This document shows, in pieces, positions 51,901 through 61,035 of a stretch of 64,000 nt of DNA (the stretch's first letter is position 1; each line of letters begins with the position of its first letter). Origin of the DNA: a plasmid. Location: the sequence record CP147646.1; one strand, given 5' to 3'. The notes under the pieces are model-generated. The model ran no database searches, was not told the DNA's origin, and saw nothing but the letters and a program-made list of their open reading frames with translations. The position numbers and the translations under genes were made by a program.

Positions 51901-52741
51901 TTGTGTGACCGTAATATTTAATATCGCCGCCTAAGTAAGTCTTGTTAGAGCCAACTGTCTTAGTGACTTTACGTGTAACAGGATTAGAGACAACACGCTC
52001 ACCTTTTACAGTCTTTTTACCGTAAGGACGTATTGCGTTATAAATCTGACGCTTATCAAGCTTTTTAGTAATACCAGCGATATTTTTTTGGTATCTCAAC
52101 ACTATGTCGCTGCGGTCACGACCTACGCCATAGGACACGCCCTCTTCGTATTCCTTGTACACATTTACAATAAACGCTTTAAACGTGTGATTGTTGTGTA
52201 ATTGAGTTTCAAATTCGATTTCTGCATCAAAATTATTAGCAATTGACAAAATACGAGCTAACTTAGTGTCTTGACCAGTCCATTCCAATGTCAGTTTTTT
52301 GTCCTTAACTTCGTTTGTGCCAATTGTCAAAGCACCCCAATTTAAAATATCAAACTGCACAAGATACTCTTCAAATGACATTGCTTTAGTTGCTTTATAT
52401 GCGTTGCAATACTCGTTTAGTAACTCTAAATTAAGATTTTCGCAATAGCAATGTATTGTTGTCTCTGTTTCCTCGACTCGCATGATGTTAAACAATTGTA
52501 CTTTATCTTTGTGTACAAAAGAAACAAATGCTTGATCGTTTAGTGCGTGATATTTGTGATTAAGTGGATTATCACCCAACAGCGATTTTTTATAAACAGA
52601 AAACTCAAATGCTGACGAACCAGTTGTGAGCTGTCTAGTCCACAAATCATCATAATAATTAAGTGCTCCTTGTCGCTCATTGTCTAAAAGCAAAACTGGA
52701 TGTAGTTTTGCGTCGTGTATTACTAGAGTTATTACAACCAC
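48914..52741 (-). CDS. Tail-associated lysin (Tal-like tail tip protein with internal glucosaminidase and CHAP domains)
   Basis: 1275-aa ORF with an N-terminal prophage-tail endopeptidase-like region, a glucosaminidase motif (...LYLESFWG...) and a CHAP-like Cys/His (CYALSGWY...HTGII). Confidence 0.65.
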   Translation of the reverse strand: MVVITLVIHDAKLHPVLLLDNERQGALNYYDDLWTRQLTTGSSAFEFSVYKKSLLGDNPLNHKYHALNDQAFVSFVHKDKVQLFNIMRVEETETTIHCYCENLNLELLNEYCNAYKATKAMSFEEYLVQFDILNWGALTIGTNEVKDKKLTLEWTGQDTKLARILSIANNFDAEIEFETQLHNNHTFKAFIVNVYKEYEEGVSYGVGRDRSDIVLRYQKNIAGITKKLDKRQIYNAIRPYGKKTVKGERVVSNPVTRKVTKTVGSNKTYLGGDIKYYGHTIKKANVQAIINYAVQYNILPSGIITQLYLESFWGDSTVGRRDNNWSGMTGGAQTRPSGVKVTTGMARPANEGGTYMHYASVDDFLKDYTYLLAKQGIYNVVGKKNIADYTKGLFRAGGAKYDYAAAGYQSYTNLMTNIRNGINKVTGNILNTIDKLWQTPVQPITAVNVARRATKTMQALNEATRLKGRRIGSGQCYALSGWYAKKLDGAWIDSSIGGIRGRIGGGMAAALIGTDYNWGAYGWKLDRSPNAGNLQAGGIYNVKANFGAPFYTTQWGHTGIIKSVSKTRVTVLEQNFVGRMYVVENSYDINSFASGLQTVCYPREIAQGMSVNGATTQQVTGGTQISYEEVVQEARTETYEEEQIIYIDNYIYKEWKDENGKVEYYLKNGFLYAPLSRDRYPSVLTGNETRDNWIRKDMEVETDSQEVLMSTGLKDLKAHAYPAITYEVDGYVDLEPGDVVRIQDDGYEPPLILTARVVEQEISITNPSSNKTKFSNFVEKESQLASDLISDMLRLYDESIPYEIKLATSNGVAFKNGTGESVLTPSLQKNGKDYEAVYFYKNGDSLIDIGPSLIVKASDFNHVLNITVEAYLNEELVASTQISFTDTEDGEKGDDGKSSWTAWANSEDGKVDFSITESKNRRFIGTYTGIEQSTNYLDYKWTDMSANVAVGTQNLLDGTKSFSGSWFTEGAKLETIKISEYPFEFKKWKSGNKISHTIEFDVKAGVTYTFTAAIARENAGRLYFYLYDLFANHITSNTPRETIIENVTRDIQMFKVTFVPLRDGKIKPRFAMLASDAGWFMTGGYMLVKGNKSGDWQESEADKASNLDSKADQELTRAQILALEERTAIARENAIAEAMQHTLSEVETKWKLWYDLNTIDEKQKVANDIAQLFDRTTEFKQLLGEASAKFSFINNETLIGEEGIAIGDKDGKAKLFLSNDSISFVTNGVAQMTLTGDTLTIKNGLFTERIQIGNFVEEVYDRNPLFNVIRAIRNS

Positions 52742-54255
52742 CTCTCTTCTAACAATAGTTCGATGTCAGGGTCTGTTGAAGAAAATTTAGACACATTGAT
52801 GACGAGTTCAGACTCACCCGGTGGAATAGATATTGGTTGAGAGCCTAAAACCATATCCTGCAGGGAGTCAATATCTTTAGTTTTGACTGTATCATTTTCA
52901 AAATTAATAACTACTTCATCGCCGGGTTGGTACTTGTTAACAATGTTGTTGTAATGAGACACTCCCATTTTTTCGAAATTAACTTTTTCAAACAGGTTGT
53001 AGTTGATATATTTAGAGCTATCGCTACATGTCCCCATCGCAAGATGTATCTTGCGGGATTTTTTCCCTTTAAGGGACGGAACAGTTACATGATGATGCGC
53101 ACCGTTAAAGTAAATACGAAACTTATCTTCTTCTCTAAAAATCTCAACCGCCCTGCTTCTATTCATCGAAAAAGGATTGTGATAATTTCTATCTGCCTGA
53201 AATTCAAACTGCTTATAAAATCTCCAACCAACACCGTCATCATCCAGAGCAAAGAAATTGTATTCTGCTTCAAAACCATTTTTTCGTTTGTAAGTTTCGA
53301 TTCCATACAGAAACTCGTCATTTCCTTCATCATCGATTCCTGTTACACAAAGCTTTAAAAAACCTTTTTGATCCTGCGCAGTAGCAATAAAAATCTGTTG
53401 CCACCACAAATGTTCATTGAGAGTATATTCCCCATTTGAATCAGGATTGATAATAAACGTTCGAGTCCCAACGTGCTCTGTGTAGCCAGGAGTAGTACCT
53501 CTATTTCCAATAACAACATATTCACCGCCTTTGCCAGAACCTAAGATGTTATCAATACGCATACGTTTAAGTTCTGTATCGAAAGAAGGTGGCATGTGAT
53601 TAAGTTTTGCGACGTTTGGCGCACCCTCCAAAGCTTTCGCTATCGCTTTTGAGTAATCAAAAAGGACTTCGTTACGATGCACGATAGTCCCGTCTTCTTC
53701 TTCCGATGATCCAAGTGCAAAAGCGCCCGTTTCATTTGCGATACCGATATAACCGTTTTCAGAGTTATGTTTAATTTTGATTATTGGATAAGCGTTAGTA
53801 TTACCATCATTTTGCAAATTAAAAATAAGCTTGTTGCCTTCTTGCGTATAGTCCGAAAACTTTTTATAAGTGATAGAGTGTGCAACACCGTCGGGTATGT
53901 AAAAAGTGATAACAGCCCTCTGATACCACCTTGCTACTTTTTCTGTCGAAATCTCACCTTGTGCAAGCCCGAGATAGTACTTATCTGGTTCATCTCCGAA
54001 CGTCATTTTTTTAGGCTTGTCAACATTTAACACACCAGCAAGTTCATGTTTTAATTGCTCGGTTAAAACGCCATTTATTTCTAGTGGCTCTATATGTACT
54101 TTGATAATTTTAGCGCCCGTCTTTATGCCACGAATAGCTGTACCAAGTTGAAACGTCTCATTCAACGACAATGTTCGTTCATTTCCTATAGACCGCTCAA
54201 CACGAGATATCCTAAAAAATTTAGACATGTCTACACCGTCATAAATAAATTTCAA
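52732..54255 (-). CDS. Distal tail protein (Dit) / siphovirus tail component
   Basis: 507-aa ORF directly downstream of the tape measure gene and overlapping the Tal start. Confidence 0.55.
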   Translation of the reverse strand: MKFIYDGVDMSKFFRISRVERSIGNERTLSLNETFQLGTAIRGIKTGAKIIKVHIEPLEINGVLTEQLKHELAGVLNVDKPKKMTFGDEPDKYYLGLAQGEISTEKVARWYQRAVITFYIPDGVAHSITYKKFSDYTQEGNKLIFNLQNDGNTNAYPIIKIKHNSENGYIGIANETGAFALGSSEEEDGTIVHRNEVLFDYSKAIAKALEGAPNVAKLNHMPPSFDTELKRMRIDNILGSGKGGEYVVIGNRGTTPGYTEHVGTRTFIINPDSNGEYTLNEHLWWQQIFIATAQDQKGFLKLCVTGIDDEGNDEFLYGIETYKRKNGFEAEYNFFALDDDGVGWRFYKQFEFQADRNYHNPFSMNRSRAVEIFREEDKFRIYFNGAHHHVTVPSLKGKKSRKIHLAMGTCSDSSKYINYNLFEKVNFEKMGVSHYNNIVNKYQPGDEVVINFENDTVKTKDIDSLQDMVLGSQPISIPPGESELVINVSKFSSTDPDIELLLEERWL

Positions 54256-57200
54256 TTTAGCATTCCTTTCATTCGATTATTGCGACTATTTCGTTGCGTT
54301 TGATAATTTGTAATGCGGTCCGCAACTTTAGCTACCCACTGACCGTCCTGTAAGTAAAGTTCTACTGGACGCTCTATTGCTTGTTCTGCAATGTCTAAAG
54401 CTTGCTCAATAACGCTGTTATCTTTAGTAGATTTTAAAACTGCAATCATTTCCTCAATCATCCAATACAACTTATCATCTGTTGTTGAAGTCACTGTGTT
54501 TTTAGGAAGTTCGCTCATTCGTTGCGTGATATTAGCAATCTTAGTGTTGTCAAAACCAATACCGTTTGCATATTTTGGTATTCCTAAGTCATACATGTAA
54601 TCACGAGTAGCACTTGCTTTCATGACTTTCGAACCACGAGGGAGTGGCAAGATAACGTCACGTCCATCTGGGATAAAAGATTGTCCGTTTGGTAATGTTA
54701 CTAACTCTTTATATAAAGAACCTTTTTGGTCGTTGACCATCGCAAGTCCACCAGGGTGGTAGTCTGTACCAACAGCGTATCCTGTTAGTTTGCTCCATAA
54801 GTCACTCGCAGTTTTTTTGATTGACGCCCAAATAGTGACATGTTTATCTTGCACACTATTTAATGTTCTTTGAGCGCTGTTAACTCCGGACAATGTTTTA
54901 TTAGCCGCTGTCACTTTGACTTCTTTTCCGACTAAGCTATTGATCGTTTTTTGTGCTTCATCTTTCCCTTTTTTTGTTAAGTTTTTAGCGAGTAATTTTT
55001 TTTCGTCTGGTTTTAAAGCATTCCAATTTTCAAGAGTTCGTGTTGCAACTCCTTTTTTATTCAGGAAGTCTTTGTTATCCCCTAAAATCCGCTTAACTTC
55101 TTCTGGCAAACTATTCCATATTTCTAAATGTTGCTTACTTTCTACTATAGCTTGAATACCTTGATGCCCATCAACAACTAACTCTTTCTCTTCTGGAGTA
55201 AGGGTATCCCATTTGCCAGTCTCTACAAGTACTTCTGCCATGGTTATCCGAGCGTTTGTTTCTAGGTTTGCGTTTTTAGCAATAAACTTAAGTCTGTCCC
55301 AGCCACCTTCCGCTTCAAGAGCCTTGGCTACTTCCTCTTTAGCATTGGTTTTTAACTTACCTGTTTTGGGATTCCAGACAAGTCCGTTCCACTGCGAATT
55401 AGCAAGCTTTTGGTCTTCTGTAGATTTCTTAGTGGTTCTAGCCCACATTGTATTCACTTCTTGCGCTTTTGAAGCCGCTTTGGTTGTCTTTGTCATCAAC
55501 TCTTCGTAAGACAAACCAAGCTCCTTCATTTGCTTTTTAACATCATTAACCATCGCTTGTTGCAATTGAGGGTCTAAATATTTAGCAGTACCTTTTAGCA
55601 ATTTCTTTTGAATTGCAGCGTAGCGCTTGCCGTAAGCTTCCATTTTTAAGTAATGGTCTGCTTCAAGTTGTTGTTGCTTCTTGTGTATCTCTTCGCGAGT
55701 TTTGACAGCCTCTTTGTCATTACCTTTTATAGAGTCGTAAACTTTTTTAAGACCACTTTTGAGTTTATTGTATGACTTATTTTCTGCTTTTATCCATTTT
55801 TCAGTAACTTCAAGAGCTTTGGTTAATTGCTGGCTATTCAATGAATTTAAATCGCCATTCATTGCTTTTACGATAGCTTTTTTCTCTTTAGCAGAGTAGT
55901 TCAATTTTGACAGTTGCACATTGATAAGCTCGTTTTGATTCGCTAATACAACAGCTTTTTCTTCTTCGGTTAATCTTCTGTGTTCATTACTAGCATTTTG
56001 ATAGATATTGATAACTTCATCAGACATCTGTTTAACATTCTCTACAGTTTGTCGGCTAGATTTTTTTATTTGGTCCATCGTACCTTGGCTAAAACCAAAT
56101 TGTTCTGCAAGTTTGATTTTTTCGCTTAAATCTTTATTTTCTAGCTTTTCAATTTCAGCAACTAAACCTTGGAACGCTGTCTTCACGGAGTTAACCTGTT
56201 CAGCTCCCCCTCTAAAGCCTTCCATTGATTGATTTGTTTGATCAACCTTATCTTTAAAGGATTGCAGTTCATTGGCTTGTACTTGACTAACTTTAGTCCC
56301 CCACTCTTGCGTACGTTGGTGCGCTTCGTAGGCTTTTTGAGCAAAGTATCCGACAGCAAGCGCAGCAGCTCCTCCTAGCACAACACCCCAAGTTACGGGA
56401 TTCCCTAGCAATGCTGCCGCTCCACTCATTCCAGTTAATGCAGTAGTTGCACCTTCCGCTCCAACTCCTAAAGCAGCAGCTCCAGTTTTTGCTGCTCCCA
56501 GACTCCCGGAGAGTGTGCCTAACGTTTCGCTTAATTTTCCTAGTCCTTGAATCGTTCCACCAATTACGCCAACGCCTTTGCCGAAGATTGACAATGCGGG
56601 TCCAGTTGCTGCTGCAATTAGTCCCCATTTTATGATTTGTTGTTGTTGCTCTTTATCCAGAGAACTAAATGCTTTTGCTAAGTCTGCAACGCCTTTAATA
56701 ATAGGTTTACCAGCTTCTAAACCGTCACGCAGTGCATCAATAAGAGGTCCACCAAATTCAATAGCGACATCATTAACTTGATTTTTTAGCATTTGTAATT
56801 TCGATGCTGTCGTTTCATAACGTTTGTTCGCTTCGTTCATTAAAGCTTTGTTTTCGCTAAAACCTTTATTAGCAGACTTGAAAGCATCACCTAGCAAGTC
56901 GCCAGCTCCTGCCAAACGTTGTAATGTATCAATTTCACGTACAGAATTGATATCCATGTCTTGCAAGTGAGCAGTTACGTCTTTCCCTTCTTCTTTAAAG
57001 CGTTTAAGACCTTTTACAAAATCAATAATCGCTTCTTGTGGATTTTTCTTCCATGACGCAGCGAATTCATCAGCAGACTTGCCGGCTATTTTCGCAAACT
57101 TCCATAAATCTTCTCCACCAGAAAGAACCTGTGTGTTTATTTTTTGCATGACACGACTAAACGCCGAACCACCAGCCTCTGCCTCGATACCAACCGAACT

Positions 57201-58193
57201 CATAGCAGTTGCAAGACCTAATATTTGAGGGTCTGTCAATCCTACAACTTTACCAGTGCCAGCTAAGCGAAGACCCATTTCAACAATTTCTTTTTCAGTT
57301 GTCGCAAAGTTATTTCCTAACTCAACGATAGAACTTCCTAGATTACTGTATTTTGATGGGTCCAACTGCGTGATATTAGCAAAACGAGCTAGTGCAGTTG
57401 CCGCTTCTTCTGATGATAAGTTAGTCGATTTCCCCATATCAATCATGACACGAGTAAATCCTAAGACATCCTTTGTCTTGATACCTAATTGACCAGCTGC
57501 TTCAGCAACGTGAGAAATTTCAGTTGTAGAAGCTGGTATCTCTTTAGCCATTTGTCTAATTCCTTTGGACAACATATCGTAAGAGTAGACAACTTTACCA
57601 TTTGAGTCTTTTACTTCGTCTACTGTCTTTTTGACGCCAGCAAAAGCATCTTCATAATCAACAGCAGCCTTAAGAGCATATCCAGCGCCAGCAACAATTG
57701 GTGCAGTTACTCCTTTTGTAAAAGCAGCACCAACACCAGATACAGAATCGCCAAATGACTTCATTTTTTTCCCAGCTTGCTCCGCAGCGTTACCAAAACG
57801 AGTAAAAACACTTGTTTCAGCGCCTAAAGCTTTGAGCCTACTTTGCAATTCTGAAACTTTAGCAGCTGTTTCCATCATCGCTGACTTAGCATTAATAAGT
57901 GCTTGTTTTTGGCTTGCTGTCGCCTTGTTGACATCGCCAATATTTTCTTTTAACTCATTATATTTTTGAGATTGTTTTTTTAGTAATTCTTGATAACTTT
58001 TTAATGCACCGCCAGTTTCTGTGTAGATAGCTTTTAAACCTTTAACTCTACTACCATGACCATTAAAACTATTTTCTACAGCCTTTAGAGAGTTATCTAA
58101 GGTCTTCATATAAGTTTTTAAATTTCTTGTATTAGACATAAAAGGTGATATGTCTAGTGTAGCAGTCGCTACTAAATCACCTATATTCCCCAT
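54252..58193 (-). CDS. Tail tape measure protein
   Basis: 1313-aa ORF with an alpha-helical/coiled-coil composition and Gly/Ala-rich hydrophobic stretches (GAGYALKAAV..., GAAALGVGAEG...). Follows gpG/GT. Confidence 0.8.
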   Translation of the reverse strand: MGNIGDLVATATLDISPFMSNTRNLKTYMKTLDNSLKAVENSFNGHGSRVKGLKAIYTETGGALKSYQELLKKQSQKYNELKENIGDVNKATASQKQALINAKSAMMETAAKVSELQSRLKALGAETSVFTRFGNAAEQAGKKMKSFGDSVSGVGAAFTKGVTAPIVAGAGYALKAAVDYEDAFAGVKKTVDEVKDSNGKVVYSYDMLSKGIRQMAKEIPASTTEISHVAEAAGQLGIKTKDVLGFTRVMIDMGKSTNLSSEEAATALARFANITQLDPSKYSNLGSSIVELGNNFATTEKEIVEMGLRLAGTGKVVGLTDPQILGLATAMSSVGIEAEAGGSAFSRVMQKINTQVLSGGEDLWKFAKIAGKSADEFAASWKKNPQEAIIDFVKGLKRFKEEGKDVTAHLQDMDINSVREIDTLQRLAGAGDLLGDAFKSANKGFSENKALMNEANKRYETTASKLQMLKNQVNDVAIEFGGPLIDALRDGLEAGKPIIKGVADLAKAFSSLDKEQQQQIIKWGLIAAATGPALSIFGKGVGVIGGTIQGLGKLSETLGTLSGSLGAAKTGAAALGVGAEGATTALTGMSGAAALLGNPVTWGVVLGGAAALAVGYFAQKAYEAHQRTQEWGTKVSQVQANELQSFKDKVDQTNQSMEGFRGGAEQVNSVKTAFQGLVAEIEKLENKDLSEKIKLAEQFGFSQGTMDQIKKSSRQTVENVKQMSDEVINIYQNASNEHRRLTEEEKAVVLANQNELINVQLSKLNYSAKEKKAIVKAMNGDLNSLNSQQLTKALEVTEKWIKAENKSYNKLKSGLKKVYDSIKGNDKEAVKTREEIHKKQQQLEADHYLKMEAYGKRYAAIQKKLLKGTAKYLDPQLQQAMVNDVKKQMKELGLSYEELMTKTTKAASKAQEVNTMWARTTKKSTEDQKLANSQWNGLVWNPKTGKLKTNAKEEVAKALEAEGGWDRLKFIAKNANLETNARITMAEVLVETGKWDTLTPEEKELVVDGHQGIQAIVESKQHLEIWNSLPEEVKRILGDNKDFLNKKGVATRTLENWNALKPDEKKLLAKNLTKKGKDEAQKTINSLVGKEVKVTAANKTLSGVNSAQRTLNSVQDKHVTIWASIKKTASDLWSKLTGYAVGTDYHPGGLAMVNDQKGSLYKELVTLPNGQSFIPDGRDVILPLPRGSKVMKASATRDYMYDLGIPKYANGIGFDNTKIANITQRMSELPKNTVTSTTDDKLYWMIEEMIAVLKSTKDNSVIEQALDIAEQAIERPVELYLQDGQWVAKVADRITNYQTQRNSRNNRMKGMLN

Positions 58194-58205
58194 TAATTCT
58201 CCTTT

Positions 58206-58723
58206 CTAGCCGAAAAGGAATGGGAACGCTTTGTCTAAAGTTGTTTCAACCACTTCTTCTTTTTCAGCAAAATCAGTTTCTAGCGCTTTTACCATCAACT
58301 CTATGTCTGATAAGCGCATTTTTTTAATATCTAAAATGGTATACCCATTTTTTAGTAAACTTTGAATCCACAAGAGCAGGTTGTCTTTAGCTTCTTGAGG
58401 AGTTATCGTTCCTTTTTTTCGTCTTCCTCTTTTTCTCCGCCTAAAGCGTCAACAAAAAGATCATTCAATTTGTCCAAAACAGTCATGTCTGACTGTTTTA
58501 AGTCATCGATAGTAAATTGATTTCCGTACATTTCAACAAACATTTGTAAGTATGATTCGTTTAATTTGCGATGCTCTTTTGCATCTAAGCGGTGTTCATC
58601 ACTGCTAAATACAGCGCTTTGTCTAACTTGGTGTTCAACTGCTAATAGATTATCTTCAACATTGATAAAATCTTTTGAAAAAGTCTTATCTACACCACCT
58701 TTTTTTAGTGTAATTTCGTACAT
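58206..58723 (-). CDS. Tail assembly chaperone pair gpG (58403..58723) and gpGT fusion produced by a -1 frameshift
   Basis: The 106-aa ORF ends ...GGEKEEDEKKER* through A_AAA_AAG at plus coordinates 58412-58418. The -1 frame continues KKGTITPQEAKDNLLLWIQSLLKNGYTILDIKKMRLSD...AFPFLFG* to about 58206. Confidence 0.6.
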
Positions 58724-58776
58724 GTTTCCCTCCTTATCAAAAAATAAAAGGCTGGATTTAAATCCAACCTTTTATA

Positions 58777-59400
58777 CTACAATGCGCTGTGGTCACTCGA
58801 TCCTAATCTTGAAGCGGAATTTGATACTGAGTTTTCCAATCCAGTTGCGCCATCAAACACAAGTTCTTTGAATTTTTTTAGCTCAAATCCATTCACTCCT
58901 TCACGACCGATGACAACTACATCACCATCAGTTCCACGAGCAACAAAGTTACCTGTTACTTTGTCTGGTTCTGGGTTAGGCGCACCTTCTTTTGTTTTGG
59001 TATCCATGCCAGGAATGTTAAATTTACCTTTTAGCAAGCCGACCCAAATCGCTTTGTCGTTTTCATCACTCGTTCTAAACATACAAGCAACATTGTTAGG
59101 CGTGAGCGATTTATTGTATTTTTCAATACCATTTTCTGCCTTTATACCAAAGAAAGCTTGCCGAGCTTCGGACGTCAAATCTAACACCTCAATTTCTAAT
59201 TTAGTTTCCGTAATACCGCCAGATAAAACAACATACGGTCCATCATCTGCCAAAACTGTCACTAACTCGTTGGTAATATCAAGTTTCGCTGCTTTCATCC
59301 CAGGCAATGACTTGACGCCATCTTTTTTTTCTTTTACTTTGTCATCATCTCCAAGCACTGCATACTGGAAATCACGTAGTCCAAATTTTACTTTTCCCAT
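58777..59400 (-). CDS. Major tail protein
   Basis: 207-aa ORF just upstream of gpG/GT. Confidence 0.7.
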   Translation of the reverse strand: MGKVKFGLRDFQYAVLGDDDKVKEKKDGVKSLPGMKAAKLDITNELVTVLADDGPYVVLSGGITETKLEIEVLDLTSEARQAFFGIKAENGIEKYNKSLTPNNVACMFRTSDENDKAIWVGLLKGKFNIPGMDTKTKEGAPNPEPDKVTGNFVARGTDGDVVVIGREGVNGFELKKFKELVFDGATGLENSVSNSASRLGSSDHSAL

Positions 59401-59415
59401 TTAGTTCCTCTTTTC

Positions 59416-59841
59416 TTAATAAAAATCAAAATAGCGGTATTTCCTTACATTCATTAGTAAGTCAATATCGCTATCTTTGTATCTTGGCTTTTCATTCGCG
59501 GTATATCTTTCAAAACCGCCTTTTTTTAAAACATCGTCTATACACTTCGCAATCTGGTCAGACTGAGAAGCCGTTTTACACCAAAAATTGATTGTAATAC
59601 GTTGTTCATTGCTAACCATATCATCATCCGCATATAGGGATGGTCCATCGTACGTCGTATTTATGCGCATAAATGGGGCTAGCTCTACTTTTTGTACATC
59701 AATTGGGTTGTCTGGTATATCGTAAGTAAAAATACCTTGTTCAAACCCATTTTTAAAAGGACCACCTCTGAGCTTATCCAACAACTCGTTCAATGTCCTA
59801 TCGTTTTTTAATAATTTATAAGCTGTTGTCTCAGCAATCAA
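59416..59841 (-). CDS. Tail terminator / tail completion protein
   Basis: 141-aa ORF between the neck genes and the major tail gene. Confidence 0.45.
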   Translation of the reverse strand: MIAETTAYKLLKNDRTLNELLDKLRGGPFKNGFEQGIFTYDIPDNPIDVQKVELAPFMRINTTYDGPSLYADDDMVSNEQRITINFWCKTASQSDQIAKCIDDVLKKGGFERYTANEKPRYKDSDIDLLMNVRKYRYFDFY

Positions 59842-60215
59842 AGCCCAAGTCCCTCCTTAACTTTTTGAGCGTAAATTTCTCTTGCTCTCGGCGTCATCTC
59901 ATTGATAGTCTTTTCCTCAAAGTCTTGTCCTTTTTGATAGATTGTCCCACTATTCGGGAAATGAGCGCGCCAACCAGTCTTTCGACCGTAACCGATATCT
60001 TTTGATATAATGCCGACGTTAGCTCCTTTGAAACCACTTGTCGTAGTATCATATTTCAATTTAGTATCATGAACTGAATAATCTATTGGTGTATTTCTAG
60101 ACAAAGCCTTTTCGAACTCCTCAGCAACCTGCGTAACCGCTCCTTTCGCAGCGTTAGGCGCTTTAACCTCAAGTTTAGTAAGATTATCCAAAATACCATC
60201 AAGTCCTTTTGTCAT
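59838..60215 (-). CDS. Neck / tail-component protein (HK97 gp10-like)
   Basis: 125-aa ORF in the head-tail joining block, with 4-nt overlaps to both neighbours. Confidence 0.45.
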   Translation of the reverse strand: MTKGLDGILDNLTKLEVKAPNAAKGAVTQVAEEFEKALSRNTPIDYSVHDTKLKYDTTTSGFKGANVGIISKDIGYGRKTGWRAHFPNSGTIYQKGQDFEEKTINEMTPRAREIYAQKVKEGLGL

Positions 60216-60559
60216 GACATGCTAACCCCGCTAATCATAGTAATATCTTTACCAGACTCGTCCAATTCAATTTTGTCAATCTTATATATACGTTTGTTAA
60301 AATCGACAAACATAGTGTTATCGATAGACAATTTAGGATTGTATCTGATTAAAAACGTTTTTGTATCTTTGTTTGTAGGCAAATCACTTGCATTTTGAAA
60401 TTTCGATTGATAATTAAAATCTCTCAGTTGCGTTTTTATAACTTCCGCCCAACAGGTATACAAATCTTCACGAATGTTGTCTACAACTTCACCATCTTCG
60501 TTTTGTCCGCCTGTTTGGTTAAAGATAGTAATTCTAACATTCATCTTCCGCGTTATCAT
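60212..60559 (-). CDS. Head closure / head-tail adaptor protein
   Basis: 115-aa ORF in the conserved position after the gp6-like connector. Confidence 0.45.
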   Translation of the reverse strand: MITRKMNVRITIFNQTGGQNEDGEVVDNIREDLYTCWAEVIKTQLRDFNYQSKFQNASDLPTNKDTKTFLIRYNPKLSIDNTMFVDFNKRIYKIDKIELDESGKDITMISGVSMS

Positions 60560-60858
60560 GCGTCACCACCCCTCAGTCTGAGTTGGTGGATAATGTTCAG
60601 AACACCGTTAGCAAGCGGATAGCGATTACTATCCGCAGATAGACCACGGTGATCGTATTCCTCCTTAACCTGTTTTTTTACAGCTAACGCAAATTTAGCG
60701 TGACCTTCAAACATTTCAGGAGTTGACCCATCATCTATTGCAAAACAAATTTGTTCTTGAGCAGATTCAATCATTTCCTCAATAATGTCATCTTCAAAAT
60801 CAAAATCTATCTTACAATAGAGTTTCACACTATCTAGCAGCTCTTTAGATACAGTCAT
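60556..60858 (-). CDS. Head-tail connector (gp6-like)
   Basis: 100-aa acidic helical protein MTVSKELLDSVKLYCKIDFDFEDD... typical of gp6/Phage_connect_1, immediately after the capsid gene. Confidence 0.55.
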   Translation of the reverse strand: MTVSKELLDSVKLYCKIDFDFEDDIIEEMIESAQEQICFAIDDGSTPEMFEGHAKFALAVKKQVKEEYDHRGLSADSNRYPLANGVLNIIHQLRLRGGDA

Positions 60859-60860
60859 AA

Positions 60861-61022
60861 CTATACCTCTTCAACGCCAGCCAGTTTTAACAAGTCTGCT
60901 TTTAGCGTCTTACCGCTAAAGTCAATATTTTGGCTTGTTAGATATTTTTTAATATCTTCAATGGTGCTGTCTTTGGTTGGTTTACCAACAACTGTAGCAC
61001 TGCTTACTTCTGGTTGCGCCAC
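60861..61022 (-). CDS. Possible 53-aa ORF between the capsid and connector genes, GTG start with a weak RBS
   Basis: Open frame VAQPEVSSATVVGKPTKDSTIEDIKKYLTSQNIDFSGKTLKADLLKLAGVEEV ending in TAG 2 nt before the connector ATG. No ATG is available. Confidence 0.25.
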   Translation of the reverse strand: MAQPEVSSATVVGKPTKDSTIEDIKKYLTSQNIDFSGKTLKADLLKLAGVEEV

Positions 61023-61035
61023 TCCCTGAGTGGCC

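Noticed and set aside
56293-56781. Cys/Trp/Arg-rich 111-aa minus ORF and small plus ORFs inside the tape measure gene
   Set aside because: Alternative frames of the Gly/Ala-rich TMP region. No independent signals.
58868-59404. 178-aa plus-strand ORF antisense to the major tail protein gene
   Set aside because: Fully nested antisense to a conserved structural gene in a unidirectional late operon. Pro/Ser-rich low-complexity translation.
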